Of a stretch of DNA of 64,000 nt, positions 12,801-21,800 are shown one piece after another (the stretch's first letter is position 1; each line of letters opens with the position of its first letter). Source of the stretch: Nitrosopumilus sp. (GTDB lineage Archaea > Thermoproteota > Nitrososphaeria > Nitrososphaerales > Nitrosopumilaceae); assembly GCA_965238275.1 (NCBI GenBank), contig OZ250186.1, positions 1,248,001 through 1,312,000 of the forward strand. Reading direction: 5' to 3'. The translations under genes were made by a program, and so were the position numbers. Below the pieces are notes generated by a model. It was not told the DNA's origin, searched no databases, and saw only the letters and a program-made list of their open reading frames with translations.

Positions 12801-15800
12801 ACCGACATGCGCAGCATGTTCAAATTCGCCTCCTCCTTTGACGGCGACCTCTCCGGCTGGAACCCCTCGAGCGTCACCAGCATGCGCAGCATGTTCGAAG
12901 GCACCACCCAATTCAACGGCAACCTCTCCGGCTGGGACACCTCAAAAGTCACCGACATGGACTTTATGTTTGACCGCGCCACCGACTTCAACGGCAACCT
13001 CTCCAGCTGGGACACCTCAAAAGTCACCAACATGAGGGGCATGTTTGACCGCGCCACCGACTTCGACGGCAACCTCTCCGGATGGGACACCTCGTCTGTC
13101 ACCAAGATTCAACGCATGTTCGAAGGTGCCACTTCCTTCAACGGCAACATCTCCGGGTGGGACACCTCGTCTGCCCGCGACATGCACAAAATGTTCTCCG
13201 GCGCCGCCGCCTTCAACCAGGACATCTCCGGCTGGAACGTCTCGTCTGCAACCGCCATGACAGACATGTTCAACGGCGCCGCCTTGTTTGATCAGAACCT
13301 GGGAAACTGGTATGTCGTGCTGGATGACGCGCAGATCGCCAGAACCGACGTCCCCGTCCCTATCGGTGACATAACCGCCCAGAACGGGTTCCTTGACGAA
13401 CACCGCCCCACGTATGCAATAGGCCAAGGTGGCGACCCGAACTTTGAGATAAGCGGCACCGAACTCCGCATGAAAAACGCGACTGCCGGTAAATACTCGT
13501 ATGTAGTCAACGTGACTGCCTCAGGCAACAGGGTATTTGAAGACGGCAACAACTGGAAGGTGGTTCGGGTGACTGTGACAGGCAACACCGCCCCGGAGGT
13601 GGAGGCCGGCCCAGACCGGAGCGTAGCCGAGAGATCGACTGTCTACCTTGACGGGACAGTCACGGAGCATGATCTCGCAGACGCCCTGACCTACAAGTGG
13701 ACGCACGCCCCGGACCTCGGCATCACGCTTGCAAACAGCACGGCCGTCTACACCACGTTTACGGCGCCCAACGTGGCCGCAAACACGACAGTCACCTTCA
13801 CCCTGACGGTAAACGACGGCACCGCGTCAGTCTCTGACTCCATGATACTCACCATCACCGACAGCGAAAATACCCCCCCGACGGGCGTGGACGCCGGGGA
13901 TCCCCAGACCGCGCCGGAGGGCTCGCCTGTCACGCTCGCGGGGACTGCCATGGATAAGGACCCCGAGGACGTCCCCAACCTGGCGTACTCTTGGTCGCAC
14001 AACTTCACCGGCACCACCATAACGCTCACTAACGGGGATACCCTGGCGCCGTCGTTTGAGGCACCCGACGTCGCATCAAACACGACAGTCCAGTTCACCC
14101 TGACGGTAAACGACGGCACCGCGTCAGTCTCTGACTCCATGATACTCACCATCACGGACAGCGAAAACAGTCCGCCGGTAGTGAATGCAGGCGACGACCA
14201 GAGGGCAGCCGAGGGCTCGACTGTCACACTCGCGGGGACGGCCACGGATGATGACCCCGAGGACGTCCCCAACCTGGCGTACTCTTGGTCGCACAACTTC
14301 ACCGGCACCACCATAACGCTCACTAACGGGGATACCCTGGCGCCGTCGTTTGAGGCACCCGACGTCGCATCAAACACGACAGTCCAGTTCACCCTGACGG
14401 TAAACGACGGCACCGCGTCAGTCTCTGACTCCATGATACTCACCATCACGGACAGCGAAAACAGTCCGCCGGTAGTGAATGCAGGCGACGACCAGAGGGC
14501 AGCCGAGGGCTCGACTGTCACACTCGCGGGGACGGCCACGGATGATGACCCCGAGGACGTCCCCAACCTGGCGTACTCTTGGTCGCACAACTTCACCGGC
14601 ACCACCATAACGCTCACTAACGGGGATACCCTGGCGCCGTCGTTTGAGGCACCCGACGTCGCATCAAACACGACGGTAAGGTTCACCCTGACCGTCTCTG
14701 ACGACACGGAGGAAGTGTCAGACGCCGTCGATGTCACCATCACCGACGTGCCGCCCCCGCCTGACGCATTCGTCACCACCTGGACCACCGACGTCCCCAA
14801 CCAGACCGTGACCATCCCGGCTTCTGGCACCTACGACATCGACTGGGGTGACGGCATGACAAATGCCAGCGCCACCAACAGCAGCGCCCACACGTACGCC
14901 GTGGAAGGCAACCACACGGTCGCCATCACCGGCGGCCTTGAGGGGATCCGCCTTACCCCTCCCCCTCTCGAATACGACGATCAGAAAGCAGGCAACGCGA
15001 TGCGGCTGGCCTCCATAGACCAGTGGGGAAACGCCACCTGGACCACCATGGAGCGCGCGTTTGCCGGAGCCACCAACATGGAATACCGCGCCACAGACGC
15101 CCCCGACCTGTCCGGGGTGGGCAGCATGTCTGACATGTTCATGAGTGCCCGGCAGTTTGACGGCAACCTCTCCGGGTGGAACGTCTCGTCTGTCACCGAC
15201 ATGGGCAACGCGTTCAACGGCGCCGCCTCATTCAACGGCGACCTCTCCGGGTGGAACGTCTCGTCTGTCACCGACATGGGCAACATGTTCAACGGCGCCG
15301 CCGCCTTCAGCCAGGATCTTGACGGTTGGAACACCTCGTCAGTCACCGACATGCGCAGCATGTTAAGCTACGCCACCGTCTTCAACGGCAACCTCTCCGG
15401 TTGGAACGTCTCGTCTGTCGAGAATATGGGCGGCATGTTCTACCACGCCGCCGCCTTTGATGGCAACCTCTCCGGATGGGACACCTCGTCAGTCACCGCC
15501 ATGTCCAGCATGTTCAACGGCGCCACCGTCTTCAACGGGAATCTCTCCGGGTGGAACACCTCGAACGTCGCCGACATGAGATTCATGTTCCTCAACGCCG
15601 CCGCCTTCAACCAGGACCTCTCCGGGTGGGACGTCTCAAGCGTGACTCGCATGATGCAAATGTTCTCCAATGCTGACGCCTTTGTTCAGAACTTGGGAAA
15701 CTGGTACGTGGTGCTTGATGACGCGAGCATCAACAGGGCCTCCGTCCCAGGGATCGTCGGCGACATATCGGCGCAGAACGACTTCCTTGGGAACCACAAC

Positions 15801-18800
15801 GCCACGTATGCAATAGGCCAAGGCGGCGACCCGAACTTTGAGGTAAGCGGCACCGGACTCCGCATGGAAAACGTGACTGCCGGCAAATACTCGTATGAAG
15901 TCAACGTGACTGCCTCAGGCGGCGCGGTGTTTGAGGACGGCAACAACTGGAAGGTGGTTCGGGTGGATGCGGCAGGCAACACCGCTCCGACGGTAAGCGC
16001 TGGGGACGACCAGAAAATAGCCGAGGGCTTGACTGTCTACCTTGACGGCACTGCAACCGATTTGGAACCCGAGTATCCACTGATGTATGACTGGATGCAC
16101 AACTCGACTTTGGCGATCCAGTTGGGGAACAGATCCGCAGTCGACACCTCGTTTACGGCCCCCAACGTGGCCGCAAACACGACGATAAAGTTCACGCTGA
16201 CAGTAGACGACGGCACCGCGCCAGTCTCTGACACCGTCGATGTCACCATCACGGACAGCGCAAACACCGTCCCTGAGGTGGACGCAGGCGACGACCAGAC
16301 CGCAGTCGAGGGCTCGACTGTCAACCTGAACGGCACCGCAACCGATTTGGATCCCGAGGACGTCCCCCTCCTGACGTACGAATGGTCGCACAACTCCACG
16401 CTGGTCATATCCCTTGACGACAACGCGATACTCGACCCCGAGTTCACCGCCCCCAACGTCGCCGAGGACACAGTGGTAAAGTTCACACTGACTGCAACTG
16501 ACGGCATGACGCCAGTTGCCGCCTCGATGCTGCTGATCATCACCGACAGCGCAAACACCGCCCCGGTAGTGGACGCAGGCGAAGACCAGAGCGTCCCAGA
16601 GGGCTCGACTGTCAACCTGGACGGGACGGCCACGGATCCTGACACCGAGGACACCCTGGAATACACTTGGTCGCACGACTCGACGCTGGCGATCCAGTTG
16701 GGGAACAGCTCCGCCGTCGACACCTCGTTTGATGCACCCAACGTGGCTGCAAACACGACAGTCACCTTCACCCTGACAGTGTATGACGGCATGGCCACGG
16801 TGCAAGACACGATGCTGCTCCACATCGCCGACAGCGCAAACACCGTCCCTGAGGTGGACGCAGGCGACGACCAGACCGCAGTCGAGGGCTCGACTGTCAA
16901 CCTGAACGGCACCGCAACCGATTTGGATCCCGAGGACGTCCCCCTCCTGACGTACGAATGGTCGCACAACTCCACGCTGGTCATATCCCTTGACGACAAC
17001 GCGATACTCGACCCCGAGTTCACCGCCCCCAACGTCGCCGAGGACACAGTGGTAAAGTTCACACTGACTGCAACTGACGGCATGACGCCAGTTGCCGCCT
17101 CGATGCTGCTGATCATCACCGACAGCGCAAACACCGCCCCGGTAGTGGACGCAGGCGAAGACCAGAGCGTCCCAGAGGGCTCGACTGTCAACCTGGACGG
17201 GACGGCCACGGATCCTGACACCGAGGACACCCTGGAATACACTTGGTCGCACGACTCGACGCTGGCGATCCAGTTGGGGAACAGCTCCGCCGTCGACACC
17301 TCGTTTGATGCACCCAACGTGGCTGCAAACACGACAGTCACCTTCACCCTGACAGTGTATGACGGCATGGCCACGGTGCAAGACACGATGCTGCTCCACA
17401 TCGCCGACAGCGCAAACACCGCCCCGGTAGTGGACGCAGGCGAAGACCAGAGCGTCCCAGAGGGCTCGACTGTCAACCTGGACGGGACGGCCACGGATCC
17501 TGACACCGAGGACACCCTGGAATACACTTGGTCGCACGACTCGACGCTGGCGATCCAGTTGGGGAACAGCTCCGCCGTCGACACCTCGTTTGATGCACCC
17601 AACGTGGCTGCAAACACGACAGTCACCTTCACCCTGACAGTGTATGACGGCATGGCCACGGTGCAAGACACGATGCTGCTCCACATCGCCGACAGCGCAA
17701 ACACCGCCCCGGTAGTGGACGCAGGCGAAGACCAGAGCGTCCCAGAGGGCTCGACTGTCAACCTGGACGGGACGGCCACGGATCCTGACACCGAGGACAC
17801 CCTGGAATACACTTGGTCGCACGACTCGACGCTGGCGATCCAGTTGGGGAACAGCTCCGCCGTCGACACCTCGTTTGATGCACCCAACGTGGCTGCAAAC
17901 ACGACAGTCACCTTCACCCTGACAGTGTATGACGGCATGGCCACGGTGCAAGACACGATGCTGCTCCACATCGCCGACAGCGCAAACACCGCCCCGGTAG
18001 TGGACGCAGGCGAAGACCAGAGCGTCCCAGAGGGCTCGACTGTCAACCTGGACGGGACGGCCACGGATCCTGACACCGAGGACACCCTGGAATACACTTG
18101 GTCGCACGACTCGACGCTGGCGATCCAGTTGGGGAACAGCTCCGCCGTCGACACCTCGTTTGATGCACCCAACGTGGCTGCAAACACGACAGTCACCTTC
18201 ACCCTGACAGTGTATGACGGCATGGCCACGGTGCAAGACACGATGCTGCTCCACATCGCCGACAGCGCAAACACCGCCCCGGTAGTGGACGCAGGCGAAG
18301 ACCAGAGCGTCCCAGAGGGCTCGACTGTCAACCTGGACGGGACGGCCACGGATCCTGACACCGAGGACACCCTGGAATACACTTGGTCGCACGACTCGAC
18401 GCTGGCGATCCAGTTGGGGAACAGCTCCGCCGTCGACACCTCGTTTGATGCACCCAACGTGGCTGCAAACACGACAGTCACCTTCACCCTGACAGTGTAT
18501 GACGGCATGGCCACGGTGCAAGACACGATGCTGCTCCACATCGCCGACAGCGCAAACACCGCCCCGGTAGTGGACGCAGGCGAAGACCAGAGCGTCCCAG
18601 AGGGCTCGACTGTCAACCTGGACGGGACGGCCACGGATCCTGACACCGAGGACACCCTGGAATACACTTGGTCGCACGACTCGACGCTGGCGATCCAGTT
18701 GGGGAACAGCTCCGCCGTCGACACCTCGTTTGATGCACCCAACGTGGCTGCAAACACGACAGTCACCTTCACCCTGACAGTGTATGACGGCATGGCCACG

Positions 18801-21800
18801 GTGCAAGACACGATGCTGCTCCACATCGCCGACAGCGCAAACACCGCCCCGGTAGTGGACGCAGGCGAAGACCAGAGCGTCCCAGAGGGCTCGACTGTCA
18901 ACCTGGACGGGACGGCCACGGATCCTGACACCGAGGACACCCTGGAATACACTTGGTCGCACGACTCGACGCTGGCGATCCAGTTGGGGAACAGCTCCGC
19001 CGTCGACACCTCGTTTGATGCACCCAACGTGGCTGCAAACACGACAGTCACCTTCACCCTGACAGTGTATGACGGCATGGCCACGGTGCAAGACACGATG
19101 CTGCTCCACATCGCCGACAGCGCAAACACCGCCCCGGTAGTGGACGCAGGCGAAGACCAGAGCGTCCCAGAGGGCTCGACTGTCAACCTGGACGGGACGG
19201 CCACGGATCCTGACACCGAGGACACCCTGGAATACACTTGGTCGCACGACTCGACGCTGGCGATCCAGTTGGGGAACAGCTCCGCCGTCGACACCTCGTT
19301 TGATGCACCCAACGTGGCTGCAAACACGACAGTCACCTTCACCCTGACAGTGTATGACGGCATGGCCACGGTGCAAGACACGATGCTGCTCCACATCGCC
19401 GACAGCGCAAACACCGCCCCGGTAGTGGACGCAGGCGAAGACCAGAGCGTCCCAGAGGGCTCGACTGTCAACCTGGACGGGACGGCCACGGATCCTGACA
19501 CCGAGGACACCCTGGAATACACTTGGTCGCACGACTCGACGCTGGCGATCCAGTTGGGGAACAGCTCCGCCGTCGACACCTCGTTTGATGCACCCAACGT
19601 GGCTGCAAACACGACAGTCACCTTCACCCTGACAGTGTATGACGGCATGGCCACGGTGCAAGACACGATGCTGCTCCACATCGCCGACAGCGCAAACACC
19701 GCCCCGGTAGTGGACGCAGGCGAAGACCAGAGCGTCCCAGAGGGCTCGACTGTCAACCTGGACGGGACGGCCACGGATCCTGACACCGAGGACACCCTGG
19801 AATACACTTGGTCGCACGACTCGACGCTGGCGATCCAGTTGGGGAACAGCTCCGCCGTCGACACCTCGTTTGATGCACCCAACGTGGCTGCAAACACGAC
19901 AGTCACCTTCACCCTGACAGTGTATGACGGCATGGCCACGGTGCAAGACACGATGCTGCTCCACATCGCCGACAGCGCAAACACCGCCCCGGTAGTGGAC
20001 GCAGGCGAAGACCAGAGCGTCCCAGAGGGCTCGACTGTCAACCTGGACGGGACGGCCACGGATCCTGACACCGAGGACACCCTGGAATACACTTGGTCGC
20101 ACGACTCGACGCTGGCGATCCAGTTGGGGAACAGCTCCGCCGTCGACACCTCGTTTGATGCACCCAACGTGGCTGCAAACACGACAGTCACCTTCACCCT
20201 GACAGTGTATGACGGCACCGCCTCCGTCTCTGACTCCATGATGCTCACCATAACGGACAGCCAAAACACCGCCCCGGTAGTGGACGCGGGCAACAACCAG
20301 ACCGCATCGGAGGGCTCGACTGTGAACTTTGCGGGTACGGCAACGGATGAGGATCCCGAGGATGTCCCCCTCCTGGCGTACTCCTGGTCGCACAATTCCA
20401 CCGCGCTGACAATAACGCTTGACGACGGCAACACCCTGACGCCGGAATTTACCGCCCCCAACGTGAATGCCGACACGACAGTAAAGTTTACCCTGACAGT
20501 AGACGACGGCACCGCGTCAGTCTCTGATTCCATGCTGCTCACCATAACGGACAGCCAAAACACCGCCCCGGTAGTGGACGCGGGCAACAACCAGACCGCA
20601 TCGGAGGACTCGACTGTGAACCTGGACGGCACCGTCACGGATCCTGACACCGAGGACATCCTGGAGTATGCCTGGTCTCACAACTCGACGCTGGCGATCC
20701 AGTTGGGGAACAGCTCCGCAGTGGACACCACGGCCACGATCCCCAACGTCGCCGAGGACACGACAGTAAAGTTCACGCTGTCAGTCTCTGACGGCACCGC
20801 CTCAGTCTCTGACTCCATGCTGCTCACCATAACGGACAGCCAAAACACCGCCCCGACTGTCAACGCCGGAGACGATCAGGAAAAGGCCGAGGGCTCGACT
20901 GTCAACCTTGACGGCACCGTCACGGACCCTGACACAGAAGACACCCTGGAGTATGCCTGGTCTCACAACTCGACGCTGGCGATCCAGTTGGGGAACAGCT
21001 CCGCAGTGGACACCTCGTTTACGGCCCCCGACGTGGAATCGGACACGGCAGTCCAGTTCACCCTGACAGTAAACGACGGCACCGATTCTGCGTCTGACGC
21101 GATGACGCTGACCATAACGGATGTCCCCCAAGGCTTTTTCACTACTGACATAACTGCGGCTTCGCCGACAAACGATTCGCCCATAACGTTTCGGGTCGTG
21201 TTTGGAAGCGAGATAGACCCGGCGACTTTTGCCGTCTCGGACCTCACAGTTACAAACGGCGCCGCCTCGGGCATCGAGGGCGCCGGGAACGGCACGACGT
21301 TTGCAGTCGGGATCGCCCCCGCCACGGACGGCGACGTCACAGTCGCAATCGGCTCAGGCGCGGTCCGAGACGCCCATGGCAGCAGTAGCCAGAACGCCCC
21401 CGCGTCCAGGACGGTCGTATCCGACAGGACGCCGCCTGTGCTGACGGTTCCGGATGACGCGGTGACCCGGATATCCCAGCACGAGGCGTACGCGATTCCC
21501 CAGGCCACCTGCGTTGACGGGCTGGATCCTGACGCCGTGCTCACCAGTTCGGGAATGGTGGATACTGCCGTACCCGGAGAATACACCATAGAATACTCTT
21601 GCGTTGACGGCGCAGGCAACGCGTCAAGCGACGACCTCACAGTCACCGTGACCCCCGCGTCCAGCGTCCCGCGCGAAGTCGTGGTGGTGGTGGATGACCA
21701 GTCCGGCGGCGGCGGTGGTGGCGGTACACCCGGGAACGTCCCCCCGGTGGTGGACCTTGGCACGCTGGATAAGATGCAGTACGTGCCGCTGCCGCAGGGA

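Noticed and set aside
6610-15705. Diversity-generating retroelement behind the DUF285 variation
   Set aside because: No reverse transcriptase or template repeat is in the window, and substitutions are not adenine-specific.
17121-20216. CRISPR array
   Set aside because: The repeats are in-frame coding units without spacers, and no cas genes are present.
15915-20659. Very long antisense ORFs (1492 and 1540 aa) and many smaller ones over the island
   Set aside because: They are shadows of GC-rich repetitive coding sequence and simply mirror the 285-bp unit.
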